A stretch of DNA of 64,000 nt from IMG/VR virus record IMGVR_UViG_3300037086_000360, positions 186,112 to 250,111 of that record, one strand, 5' to 3'. Positions within the stretch are counted from its first letter, which is position 1. Each line of letters opens with the position of its first letter. The notes beneath the pieces are model-generated. The model saw only the letters and a list, made by a program, of their open reading frames with translations, had not been told where the DNA came from and ran no database searches. The position numbers and the translations under genes are program-made. This document shows positions 37,932 through 49,491 of the stretch, in pieces.

Positions 37932-38618
37932 ATGACACGAAGAATTATTCCGATTTTCGCCATGATTTTGGGGATGTTGGGATTGGTTCTCTTTTTGTTA
38001 GCTGCTGAGATATTACCAGACACTACTAAAGAGATCGTGTCTGAAGCCTCAAATTGGTTTGATAAAGCCCGCTATGAAAAATCTCTAACAGATACTAGTA
38101 AATACTATACTGGTTTTCAAATTAATGAACAAATAGCGCGATTGTATAATCAAGTCAATTTTGTAGATTTTTATAACCAATTTATTCCAGACAGAGAGTT
38201 GATAAAAGCAACACTGCAGTATGGATTGAAATATAATGCTCCAATTAACTCTGCCTTCGCGCTTTGTAAGGGAGAGAGCCAGTTTAATCCAATGGCTTTT
38301 AATCGTAATACTAATGGAACAGTAGATAGAAGCTACTGGCAACTAAACAATGGTCATAGAAGAAATTGGAAGGTGGCTGATTTTTACAACGTTTGGAAAG
38401 CTACTCCAGAAGCTCTTCGCCAATTCAGAGATTCAATTAATTTTGCCAACGACATTACTTTTGCATGGTTGACGTATAATATGGGAATGGGAGGAGCCAG
38501 GCCGTGGATAGCGGTCAAACAAATACCAGAGTTCAGAAAAGATTACATCAATGAAATTTCGGATTTTGAAGACATGCTCAATAAGGCTTTTAACGACGGA
38601 TTGAAGAGATGGAATTAG
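37932..38618 (+). CDS. Lytic transglycosylase (SLT-like) with N-terminal TM
   Basis: ALCKGESQFNP.A.N.N.NGTVD...WQLN; YNMG. Confidence 0.8.
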   Translation: MTRRIIPIFAMILGMLGLVLFLLAAEILPDTTKEIVSEASNWFDKARYEKSLTDTSKYYTGFQINEQIARLYNQVNFVDFYNQFIPDRELIKATLQYGLKYNAPINSAFALCKGESQFNPMAFNRNTNGTVDRSYWQLNNGHRRNWKVADFYNVWKATPEALRQFRDSINFANDITFAWLTYNMGMGGARPWIAVKQIPEFRKDYINEISDFEDMLNKAFNDGLKRWN

Positions 38619-38878
38619 CAGTTGGAGACGTGATAAAAATCTCTGGTGCTATCTATATGATCGCCGCCATAAATACGAAGAAATCGTTAAAGAACCCGAC
38701 TGTCACTATAATGGGTTTAGATGGTCAATATGAGGCGCACTATAAGTCTGTTTTGTCTGATGTCAGGGCTCGACACGTTATAGGAGAAAACAATATAGCT
38801 AAGTGCTTGTTGATGTTTCGTAAAAAATGACAAGAAGCATATTTATGTGTAGTAATAATGTCCGCACAGGAGTAAGGA

Positions 38879-38959
38879 ATGCTTCTAAACAAGTTTAAGG
38901 GTCGCTTAGTGATCTTCGAAGGAGAAGATCATTGCGGATTGAATAATTCTGATTCCTGA
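38879..38959 (+). pseudogene. tmk: Orphaned 5' fragment of thymidylate kinase
   Basis: AGGAGTAAGG RBS; MLLNKFKGRLVIFEGEDHCG then LNNSDS*, versus MLLNKFKGKLICLEGQDHCGKTT at 39913. Confidence 0.85.
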
Positions 38960-38986
38960 GCAAGATAATATCATGAGGAGATTCCA

Positions 38987-39922
38987 ATGATATTATCTGA
39001 GTTGAAAAAAGTAAATTCAAAATACAAACCCCAACTTAAAGACAAAATTCAAATCACCCAATTCGTAAAAATAAAATGTGACAATAAAGAGTGCGGAAAG
39101 GAATGGGAAATATCATACTCTTACGTCTTGAAGGGACGAGAAACATATGGTAGAGATCTTTGCTATTCTTGTAAATTGAAAGAACAATATAAAAGGGGTT
39201 TGAGAGAAGAGCAGAGAATAAAGTTAGCAGAAAGAAATGTTGAAAACTCTGGAAAAACATACGAAGAAATTTATGGTACAAAGAAGGCTGAAAAATTCAA
39301 GAAAAAATTATCGAATTCAAATTCTGGAGAAAATAATCCTAATTTTGGTGGTCTTTATTCACATGGGTTTAGAGATAGGCCCCTCAACATAAAAGGTAAA
39401 TCATTCGAAGAAATATATGGTGATGAAAGAGCTGGTGAATATAAGAAAAAACTTTCAAAAGCTTCTTCGGGTGAGAACAATGGAATGTATGGAAAACCAT
39501 CTCCACAAGGTTCTGGAAATGGTTGGTCTGGGTGGTACAAAGCAAAGTATTTCAGAAGTCTTTTAGAGCTTTCATTTATAGTCAATGTGTTAGAAAAACA
39601 GAAATTACTATGGGACACTGGAGAAATAGCTAAATACAATATTCCATATGTAGATTACAAAGGAACTAATAGGAGTTATTATCCAGATTTTGTAATAGAG
39701 AATAGTGTTGTTGTTGAAATAAAACCCCACAATCTGAGAAATAGTAAAGATATATTGTTGAAGGAAGAGGCTGCAAAAAAGTGGTGTAAAAAGCATAATT
39801 TTGAATATAGAATCATAGACGAAGTGGAACGCCTTTCTGATGAAGAAATTAGAACACTTCATGATAATGAGTTAGTTAGATTCATAGATCGATATGAGGA
39901 GAAATTCAAAAGATGCTATTAA
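38987..39922 (+). mobile_element. Free-standing homing endonuclease (NUMOD-like repeats plus PD-(D/E)XK/TnsA-like domain)
   Basis: SGENNPNFG and SGENNGMYG repeats; FRSLLEL...YYPDF...VEIKP. Confidence 0.78.
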
Positions 39923-40560
39923 ACAAGTTCAAGGGTAAATTAATTTGTCTAGAGGGTCAAGATCACTGTGGGAAAACTACCGTAGGAAAGCTCTTGAATC
40001 AAGCTTTGAATGATGCCGGTATCAAATCCATCTTTACATTTCAGCCAGGAGATCCAGCTTATGGTTCTCATGCAGAACTGATTGATAAGTTTTGCACCAA
40101 GAAAGAGTATCCATTAGATCCACTGTCAAATCTCTTTGCATTTTTGTTGGATAGATCTGAACACACTTCTAAGATCGTAATTCCAGCTTTGAAAAATGGC
40201 ATCACTGTTATTTCTGATAGATGGTGGTATTCAACAATTGCTTACCAATTCTATGGTAAACAGCTTTTAGAAAAGTACTTCCTAGATAAGAAATTTGCAG
40301 GGTGGATGAATATTCTTGCATCTCACTATATGCAACCTGATATTTCATTTTATTTTCAAAGGCAGCAACAATTAATTGATAACGACAAAAACGATGAATC
40401 AGATCAATTTGAAACTGCTGATGAAGCATTCAAAAGAAGAGTCAAGAATGCTTATTTGGATATGGTCAACGACAAAATCTTTGTTAAGATTGATGTATCG
40501 AGCGATCCAAATGAGACTCTTCAAAGAGTTTTAAACGCTGATTTTTATGTAGATCAATAA
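39913..40560 (+). CDS. tmk: Thymidylate kinase
   Basis: EGQDHCGKTT P-loop, DRSEH, ISDRWWYSTIAYQ. Confidence 0.93.
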   Translation: MLLNKFKGKLICLEGQDHCGKTTVGKLLNQALNDAGIKSIFTFQPGDPAYGSHAELIDKFCTKKEYPLDPLSNLFAFLLDRSEHTSKIVIPALKNGITVISDRWWYSTIAYQFYGKQLLEKYFLDKKFAGWMNILASHYMQPDISFYFQRQQQLIDNDKNDESDQFETADEAFKRRVKNAYLDMVNDKIFVKIDVSSDPNETLQRVLNADFYVDQ

Positions 40561-40862
40561 ATGAACTTGGACGAAAAAGACATTCTAGAATCTAAGAATG
40601 ATTTTGATAAATGGCTCGAGGAAATGCGTCAAGAAAGTGTTGATAGAGTTGAAAAGAATCGTCTTGAATACGAGGCCTATCTCGCTGCTGGTGGTTGTGC
40701 TCATAGCAAATGCATACCAATTTATGACAGTGAGAGAGTTAGAAAAAAAATTATGAGTGCTGAAGAGGTGAGAAGACTTTATCCTCGTTTTTTTGGCAAT
40801 TGTCCAGACTGCGGACAACAACTCATTCAATATGCTTCATTTGAACACTATTTGGCTGGTGA

Positions 40863-43067
40863 TTGGTGATGTTCGATTGCAGGCAGAAGGACTGTCCAAA
40901 TCATCCTGAATATGTTTCGGAACCAGCAAATCTTGAAAATGAAACGAATTTCAAACATAAATTCAGAGAAGCTGCATTGAAAAACCATTATAGTAATCAA
41001 ACATTGAGTTGGGAAAATCTATCAGAAGCTGCTGGATGGATTAAGTTGGATGGGATCAGAATCTCCACCGAATGTTTGATTTGTGTGCATTGTCCAAAAA
41101 TAGATGTTCGTGAAATCAAAATCGCAGCATTAGCAAAAGATTATCTAAGAAAATGAAAATACTAGAATGTGATAAAATGGACTGTCCAGCTCATTCAAAA
41201 TATGTAAATCCTGAACCACCGGTAGTTCCAACTGGAATCTATTCGAGTACTACTGGAACATATTCTGCTGCGGTTGGTGGCGGAGGTGCAGGTTCAGGTG
41301 GTTTGATGGGCGTGGTCGTTGGTGGAGGTGGGGGTGCTGGAGTCATGACAATTAATGGTGTTCCATCATACGTCAGTAGCTTATCTTGGCCACAAATATC
41401 CGCAGTTCCACAAGAAAAACAAATATATCTCTGTTTTGGAGAAATCAGAGTCCATCCTGCCTGTCTTATGTGTTCCAATCTTCCAAAAATGGATATGAGA
41501 GAGGTTCAAATAGCCGAAAAAGCTAAGACAATGTTGGAGAGATGACCTCTTGGAGAAAATAAAATGTCGAATACAAATAGTAATACGCCTTCCTATTCTG
41601 TTTCTATTGGTGCTTCCATACTTGGTGGTGTTACAAACAGTGCTTCTTCTTCACTCAATGTTGGAGTCGATTATGCCTCCGGTAGTAGTCAATCTGACTA
41701 TACGACATACACGACTACGACTACTAATACCACCAATGTAATTTATGGTCAACAGGTTGGTGGTGGATGGCAGTGGCAACAGACTGGTTCAACAATATGG
41801 CCGTACAATCCTTCAACCACTCAACCAATTATCACAATAACTCCAGGAGTCATTTCAATTCCTTCTGTTTGGCCTCTACCTCCAAAATGGCCTGAAAATC
41901 TTCCTGATACAATTGGTCTCCTTTACATAAAAGATGGAAAGCTAATGATGATGACGGAAGAGGGTGTGGAAGTAGAACTTCTTGACCTATCTACTGCAGA
42001 AGGTGAAACTGCTCAAATTCTCATAGCCATTGCAGCCAAGAAAAAACTTTCCGAAGGAACTCCAGCAAAATAATGAGCTATAAGGATAATTGGCCGAAGG
42101 ACGCCATTGCCTGGGGAGACATCAATTCAGACGACAACTCCTACAACGTAAGGGTTCATTATTTGCCAAGTAGAAATATTTTTGTGATTTCTCCAGATCC
42201 TATGTATGCTGTGCCAATTATTGATTTAAACAAGGATCCTGACAACGAAGTGGCAAAAAGACTATTGGCCCTCATAGCAAAAAGAGTGATCAATCAATCA
42301 AATGAGAAGACATAAAGTTCACTGGTATGAATCAAATTCTTGGTGGTACGCCGAAGTTAAAGGCAGACTCCAAAAAAATCTAATTGGTGAGATTTTCTTT
42401 GAAAATGGTTATGTTGTACTATATCACGACAATCCTCGACAGAAAATAGTCCTTGGCAAGATAGAAAATGATAGTGGGATTGCAAAGAAGCTTACCACTC
42501 ACATCGCAAAAACGATGTTGGAAAAAAACGAATGAAACTAAAAGAGTATGTCAAATCGCTTCAAAAGGATCCGTCTAGTGATATACCTACGATGGGTGAT
42601 CCTTCTCCAGAAGGATTGGGCTCTATATTCACAATAGCAGGAAAGTTGTGTATGATCAATCATGATGAGGTAACTGAAATAGGTGATATAGAAGACATAG
42701 ATGAAACGATAGAAAATTTGACCGTGTATATTGCGAAAGAGCTACTGAAGGGAAAGAAAAGAAATTGAGCAGAAAATTACCACAGCCACTGCCTGGAGGC
42801 ATAAGGAAACCAACACCTCCACCTGCCCCTCCAAGAACTGTAACTCCAAAGAACATGAAAAAGAACCCATGGCTGCTCAAATTTAATGAATTACATGATC
42901 CAAGCTATTTAGGAGAGCTCCATTTTGAAAATGGACATCTTATTCTGCATCAACCGGATCACCCATACGCAGAAGAAGTAAAAATAGATTTAGGTGATCT
43001 TAATAATTCTGAGGGCATGCAACAGGTCCTCACTACTGTTATAGCAAAAAGACTGTTGATAAAGTAA
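40863..43067 (+). other. Array of seven small related genes ending in an IA(A)K..L helix
   Basis: C-termini LAKDYL, KAKTML, IAAKKKL, IAKRVI, IAKTML, IAKELL, IAKRLL; shared G.(L/I)....G beta segment. Confidence 0.6.
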
Positions 43068-43094
43068 TCATATAAAAAATCACAGGAGAGAGTA

Positions 43095-43322
43095 ATGAAT
43101 AATGAACAAATCAGGTTAGCGATACGCGACCTGTCTAAAGCCCTTCAGGAAGACGAGGGAGACATAGAGTTTTTAGGAGCAACAGAGAATGGAATTGTCA
43201 ATATACGACTTATCGGACAATGCGCTGGCTGTTCATCAAGATTAATGGTAAAGAACTTCATTGAGTTGAATTTGAAAAGAAAGTTTCCAGAAGTCGAAAG
43301 AGTTGTTGCGGTCCGAGCATAA
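43095..43322 (+). CDS. NifU/NfuA C-terminal-like Fe-S scaffold domain
   Basis: LQEDEGDIEF...VNIRLIGQCAGC...FPEVERVVAV. Confidence 0.85.
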   Translation: MNNEQIRLAIRDLSKALQEDEGDIEFLGATENGIVNIRLIGQCAGCSSRLMVKNFIELNLKRKFPEVERVVAVRA

Positions 43323-43354
43323 TTCTTTCCATAATAGAGTTCAAGGAGAAAAAG

Positions 43355-43615
43355 ATGGCCGACCTTTCCTTCAATAAAGAAGCAATTGCTGATATTAAGA
43401 AAACCTTCAAATCCCTGAAGATGCTTCAGGAACAAAAGAAATCAATTTCAGAAGACATCCGCGAAGAAAAGCTCGAATGCTCAAAGAAAACTGGTATGGC
43501 AATCAAGGATATCAACAACATCATGAAGGTCCTGCACGCCCGTGAGAAGGGCGACTATTCCGAGGACTACACGAAAATTGCCAAGGCGGTAGAAGGTATT
43601 CTAGACGCAGAGTAA
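43355..43615 (+). CDS. GapR/DUF2312/T4 DsbA-like dsDNA-binding protein
   Basis: LQEQKKSISEDIRE...KTG...K.IN.IMK...REK helical pattern. Confidence 0.7.
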   Translation: MADLSFNKEAIADIKKTFKSLKMLQEQKKSISEDIREEKLECSKKTGMAIKDINNIMKVLHAREKGDYSEDYTKIAKAVEGILDAE

Positions 43616-43683
43616 TGGGCTACGGGGGGCGTCGTTGACGTCTGAAATGGTCCATAAATAATACTCCTCCATTTCCTCCATTT

Positions 43684-43709
43684 AGCGCTCGGAAACGAGC
43701 GCTTTTTTT
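43684..43709 (+). terminator. Intrinsic terminator
   Basis: AGCGCTCG-GAAA-CGAGCGCT followed by a T run. Confidence 0.85.
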
Positions 43710-44044
43710 ATCCCTGAGGCCCATCTTCTGTAAGATAATAGAAATGAGCAAGTTCTACAAGTGGCTGAAGAGCGATACCTTGTATAATTCTAAGGGCAGG
43801 ATCGATCAGCCTATTTGGTGGTATCTGATAGGAACAGGGATACAGTCAAATACTGGTTGGGCAATAGCTGTTGGGTGGGTGTTTGGTGGAAGTAGGGGAG
43901 AGGGGCCACTAGGATTCGACAAGAAATTGCTCAAATTAAAAGTAGTACAACCAAAAGATCACCAACGATTTGAAAAAAGAATGATAACAGATGTCTTTGA
44001 GAGAGGCAAGACGTTGTGGCCTGAAGGCATAAGGAGCATAAAGT

Positions 44045-45518
44045 ATGAGCGATAATCAAGATCTTACGAAATACCTCGTTCAAGGTAGAGTAGATGAAGA
44101 ACTCGATAAAGAAGTTGATCAGGCTCTGGAGCCAGCAAAGAAACCAGAACCTCCAAAAACTACTCAGCCTGGTAAGATTGTACCAGCCGTCCTGGTAGAT
44201 GAGAATCAATTGAAACTATCATTGGTCAAGAAGATGGTAGAAGCCCTGACTGAGCAAAGCATGTATGGACCAACTGGCACTGGCACTGATGAAACGGACC
44301 CCAAGATCAAGGTTTCAAGAGCACTGACTCAAACTGTTTCAGATGCTCTTTGGAAGATCAGTGATTTCGATAGAAAGGGATCTGATATGGACGATCTCAA
44401 TGCAGAGATTCAGAAAGAGTTGAAGATGAGTTACAACAAAGTTCTTCGCCTTGCTGTCAAGAAGCTCTATGACACGTGGTGGGGTGGAGACAGTGAAGAA
44501 GAAAAGAAAGAACCAGAGAAGAAAGAACCAGAAAAAGAAGAGCCCAAACTTCAACTTCAGATAATTCCAAATGAACAAATCAAGTCTCCTACTGGAGAGA
44601 CATTGAAGATTGAAGAGATCCTGGGTGATAAGGTTAAGCTTCAAAAGGCCAATGGAGAATTCGTTCTAGCAGATCTTGATTCAGTAAAGAAGTGGGCAGG
44701 ATTAATTAAATAGAACTAAGGAGTAAAAAATGGCAAGTGAGTTTGCAAACAACTTTCTCGATAGAATGATACGTGAAACGTCTGACGAACCACAAAAGGA
44801 AGCAACAAGGGCTGAGCTTATCAGAGTTACAAGAGATGTACCAGTCCAGAGAACACAGTCAAAGCCCAAGCCAAGACCAATACCACAACCAAAAGAAGAG
44901 CCCGTAGAAGAGGAATTCGGCACAGTAGAGAAAAAAGTAGAAGAAGAACAGCTTGAAGAGGATTTTGTTGAAAAGGCCCTTAATTACGCTAGTGTTGTCA
45001 TGAGAACTGTGAAGAAAACATTCGAATCGTCAAAAGAAAGAGAAATTGTCTTGGAAGCTCTTTATAGTACTCTAAAGCTTCATTTCAAGACCAAAGGGAG
45101 AGAGCTTGTGGAAGAAACCACCACCCATAGGGCTGCTCCAGTTCATTCAGTTGGTGTTGCTTCTCAACTTTCTCCCCAATCCACCGCTCCTGTCAAACAA
45201 ATCGACAAAACAAATCTGCATCCTGGTGGAACGATGTCAGAACGTGATTGGATGAAGATCCCAACCATTTCTTACACTGATTACGAAACCTTTGATCCTG
45301 CTGCAGTTGAGGCCGAAGCTGGAAAAGAAGAGGCGAGAATAGTCGCACCACAACCAATTGCTCCCACCCCAGCAGTTCGCAAATCTAGTGAGACATATGA
45401 TCCAAAGCAGGTTGCGGCGCCAATAGTAGTCAATAATGATGGATTACCAACTCTAGACGTTAATTCAATGAGTCAAGAATCCATACATGCTTTGAGAGTT
45501 TTAGCGGGGATAGAATAA
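44045..45518 (+). other. Two hypothetical acidic/Pro-rich proteins (44045..44713, 44730..45518)
   Basis: Long ORFs with RBS and no recognisable motif. Confidence 0.6.
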
Positions 45519-46733
45519 TGGATGAACAAAGGCTTTTCAATTTACTAGAAGAAATGAACAAAACTCTCAAAGAGGTGGTTTCACAGTTAGAAGAAGTGAA
45601 TTCAAGATTTGCAAGATACGAAAATGAACTTGCAGATTCTGATGAAATGAAGAGAATAAAAGAGGGATAAATAGACCACTTGGAAAATTCAAATGAGAGT
45701 GGTGTTCCATGATTTTCAGAGAACCTTTAGAACAATACGTCGGAAGTTGGTTGCATTTCATCGAAGATGAACATGTAAATTCGACTAGAGGTTTGATTGC
45801 TGGTCTAGAACGTCGCATCTATTTTCCAATCGTTTTCATCGACATAAAAAACCAACAGCTAAGATACCGTTATTTTAGAGTTATTCATGATGATGGCAGC
45901 CCAATTCTCTATTCAGTAGAACAATACTTTCCAACTGATGACGAACTAGTTACATTATCTAAGCATTTACTAGCTTCTGCATATTTCTTTTCAGATGTGC
46001 AAAGCTACTGCGACGATAGAAACCGATAATAAAATCGACGGCAATACTCTCTATCAAACAATTCATATAGTCCCCTCAAAGCGAACGGATCTCAAATACT
46101 TCATCCATGATAGATACAAGGCGGCTCGAGCAGTTGACGACATTTTGTCAAAGCTTTATTTTGGTGATGGTCAGACAATAGTGTTTCGAGAAAAACAGCG
46201 TTTTAGAAATCTCATCACAATCAAGTATGAGATGATGGAAGGCGCTAAGCCAGATATGACACCTAAGAAATTTCATATCTCTGCTGAGGTGCCCTGTTTT
46301 GATGGATGTGATTATTGTGTTCAATTGAGACAGTCTAAAAAAGGCATGGACAATTGCCTATATTACAAATGCTTCTTGCCGAGACATAAGAGAAGTTGTA
46401 TTGATTTTTGCGAAAGGGATTAAGCATGTTCGATAAAAAAATAGAAATCGCTTGGCGTCGGACTGGAAAGAAACAATACCCCTTACAGAGTCAAGTTTGT
46501 CTCATCTACTTCGCTCATACTGGATTCAGCGTTAGCGAGTATGAAGAACAACCTGATTCTATCGATTATGGAGATGGAAATAAATACACAGTACATGTTT
46601 TTGTAGATCTGGGTGGTTGGCTGGGTGATGAAGATCTTCTTTGGATTCCGATCGCCGAGCTTCCAGCAGTAGGATCATTTCAACACATTGTGATACCGGA
46701 AGATTATTCGAGAGACTGTGCCCGTGAGAAGGA

Positions 46734-47891
46734 TTAAAAACCAAACAGCGTCTGGATTGCGAACTGCATATCTAAAGAAGTGATTTCATTAGCATCAGAG
46801 TGAATTTGGTCCCAATTTGGCTTGTAAGAAAGATCCCTATTGACTCTAGTTTCTTCTTTAGATATGATGTAAAGATGGTATCGAACTAAATGTGGTTCAA
46901 CTGCTTTTATGAAATAAACAAACGCACTATAGCTTTCTTCTACTGTTTTATTGACGAAAAGATATAGTGTCATTCCTGGTTTGAGTTGTCCAAATTTCAT
47001 TTAATTCTATCCATTCTTATCGAATAATGATGTGATTACTACTCGCATTTGTCCAGTTTGGATTTCTTTTGCTGAACCATTCGTCAAAATCCACCCCTTT
47101 ACCCACGCTTTTTCATTGAAGGTTTGAGTTATTCTCTTAGGAGAGTCCACCTCATGCCCATTATTGATTATGATGCGATCATAGACTACATATTCTGAGG
47201 TCTTTTCTTTAATGAATTCGAGATAGAGAATGTAACCGCTCGTGATTGTTGAGTTATCAACTAGATCATAGAGAATCATTCCTGGGCTTAGATCTTTGAA
47301 GTTTATCATGTGGTACTATCGAAAATTGCTTTCACTGCGAACCTACAGTCTCTATTATCAGCCTCTTCTGCTGTTCCATGATCTATGTTCCAATGCATGT
47401 GGTCTGCCATACTATTGGGATTTACCGTAATGTATTGAGGAAGATTGAAGCCTTTTCCAGTGACGCCATTGCTGACTATATATTGATTATATGTGGCTAT
47501 ATCAACTGTTTTCTTTTTGATGAAATACAAATAGATCTTATAGCCGCCAGTAGTTGCAGCATGGTCTATTGTATCAATTAGTACCATTCTAGATTTCAAT
47601 TCGTTAAATTTCATAATCTCCAAAAACACCTTTGATTATGATTTTGTATTTTTCAGGAACAAGCGGCACTAATCGCAACATTCTGTCATTCCATACTTTG
47701 ATTTCTGATTCAGGTTCATCTGAGAGCGATTGTTCATGATAAATTGTTAGGAAATACCCCCAAACGAGATGCGCTTCTGAATGTTTTCTTTTCACGAAAA
47801 AAACATTAGCCCAAGCTAAAGTTTTAGTTTCTTTGTCTAAGTATTGTGAATACCAAAGAATCATTCCTGGTTTCACTTCTTTGAATTTCAT
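46734..47891 (-). other. Array of four small paralogs starting MKF..LKPGM
   Basis: MKFGQLKPGM, MINFKDLSPGM, MKFNELKSRM, MKFKEVKPGM; all end with an I..(L/V/I)F helix. Confidence 0.75.
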
Positions 47892-48433
47892 TATGGTTCA
47901 TAAACCTCAATCTTGTTTCTAAATTTGTCGATTCCATTAATCTTCTGAACATAATCCCTCAAGAAACAAGTCAAAGCATAGGCATCTACGCAGTTGTCAT
48001 CGGGTAGGATAACTCCACCCTTATATTTCTTTGATGGGATGTCGAGATTCATCTGTACTGCTCTCGCAATCATCATATCCTTACCAGCATTTCCCTTGCC
48101 AGTCCAATATTGTTTCACCACTGTTGGTGGAACAACCATAAAATTGATGGCTTCCTTGATAAACATTTCTCTAATCATGTATGCTAAAGCACCCAATTCA
48201 GCGATTCTGCCGTGAGAACCAAACGAAATTCCCTCCATGGCAGCCCAATTGACTCCAGATGTCTTGCAGAGATCTCTAATTTCGTCTCTAATCTCCATAA
48301 GTCTGAAAGTGTAGTCAATGCTTCTTTCTTCGTCTGGATCTTTTGATGTTGCAAAAATTGAAAAACGAGGTGGATCGGAATAAATGCAGCAGCCCGTTCC
48401 TGAAAGACTCTGATCGACGCCGAGAAGTATCAT
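47891..48433 (-). CDS. RuvC-like Holliday junction resolvase
   Basis: LGVDQSLSGTG, AMEG, PPTVVKQYWTGKGNAGK, DNCVDAYAL. Confidence 0.88.
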   Translation of the reverse strand: MILLGVDQSLSGTGCCIYSDPPRFSIFATSKDPDEERSIDYTFRLMEIRDEIRDLCKTSGVNWAAMEGISFGSHGRIAELGALAYMIREMFIKEAINFMVVPPTVVKQYWTGKGNAGKDMMIARAVQMNLDIPSKKYKGGVILPDDNCVDAYALTCFLRDYVQKINGIDKFRNKIEVYEP

Positions 48434-48461
48434 GTTGTCACCTTTCTTTTGAGACATATAG

Positions 48462-48486
48462 ATTACCTTTACCCGGTAAAGATAAT
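48462..48486. promoter_or_regulatory. Back-to-back divergent promoter-like motifs
   Basis: ATTACCTTTAC-CCG-GTAAAGATAAT is an imperfect inverted repeat at the strand switch. Confidence 0.6.
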
Positions 48487-48509
48487 AGAAGTAGGAAAGC
48501 AGAAACAAA

Positions 48510-49481
48510 ATGGAAAAACATGAAATTCCAAGAGCCAAAGTTGGTCAGTATTATGTGGAAATGAGATCAGGAGAAGTGGCTCGAGAGTTCTATGTAATAG
48601 ACATGGACGGCAGTAGAATCTACGGAATTATGATAGCGCACGTTCCAACTCACGTTTTGAATGCTACCATTCAACCGCGGACTCTTATAGACTTCCACGA
48701 TTCTATGGATTACGAGGGAGGCTGGAGGAAGGGCCAGACTGTTTTTACAGGTCAGCATGGTGAAAAGAGACCATTTCCAGAGGATTTCAACCATAGAATA
48801 ATCAGAGCAGTTTTTAATTACACCATCATCAATGGTGAGAATATTTCATTGGGGAACAAATGAAGTTTGAACCGCCTTTTGAAAAATACTTGGGAATTTT
48901 TTTGACGACCCATCGCACCATGGGAAAAGACACGGTGGTTTATTTGACACATAAAAAAATTGAAAAACAACGGAAATTTGGAACAGAAGCATATGAAAGC
49001 GAGTATACTATAGCGTTTATCTTCTATTTCAACGATCCCGACATATTCACCACAGATGAGATTTTTGATTTTGAAAATGAAAACACTAACGTTGGTCAAA
49101 AATCCGAATGGCACGAAATGACTTCTTCTGAAATAAATCTCATAACTAAAAAAATGGTAGAAGCCTTATTTGAAAATCGATGGAAAGAGCACTTATAATA
49201 TGAAATTTGAAGAGCCCTACAATAAATATATAGGAAAGTTTTTCCAAACAACCCATGCTCCTGGTAAGAATGTAATGGTTACATTTATCCTAAAGATGCA
49301 TGAATCAAAATCAGATACTGCTGATGCCACCATGCTTTGGGATGCCGAGGATGTGAGAGACGAAGTGAGTCTCACAACCTTCAATTTCAAGGTCGAAAGC
49401 AACACTGATCAGCCATGGATGGAAGTTGAACAGCCTCTTTCTTACCCAAAGAGAATGATAAAAGGACTGTTCAAAGCATAA
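48510..49481 (+). other. Three small genes related to the minus-strand array
   Basis: MKFEPPFEKYLG and MKFEEPYNKYIG; C-terminal IRAVF, VEALF, IKGLF. Confidence 0.6.
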
Positions 49482-49491
49482 TTTAAGTTAA

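Noticed and set aside
665-38844. Sigma-54 promoters at the TTGCATA-like sites
   Set aside because: No GG at the required 10-nt spacing in the copies checked.
38939-39912. Group I intron in tmk
   Set aside because: Only about 48 nt of non-coding sequence, no P7-type core seen, and the downstream tmk has its own complete start.
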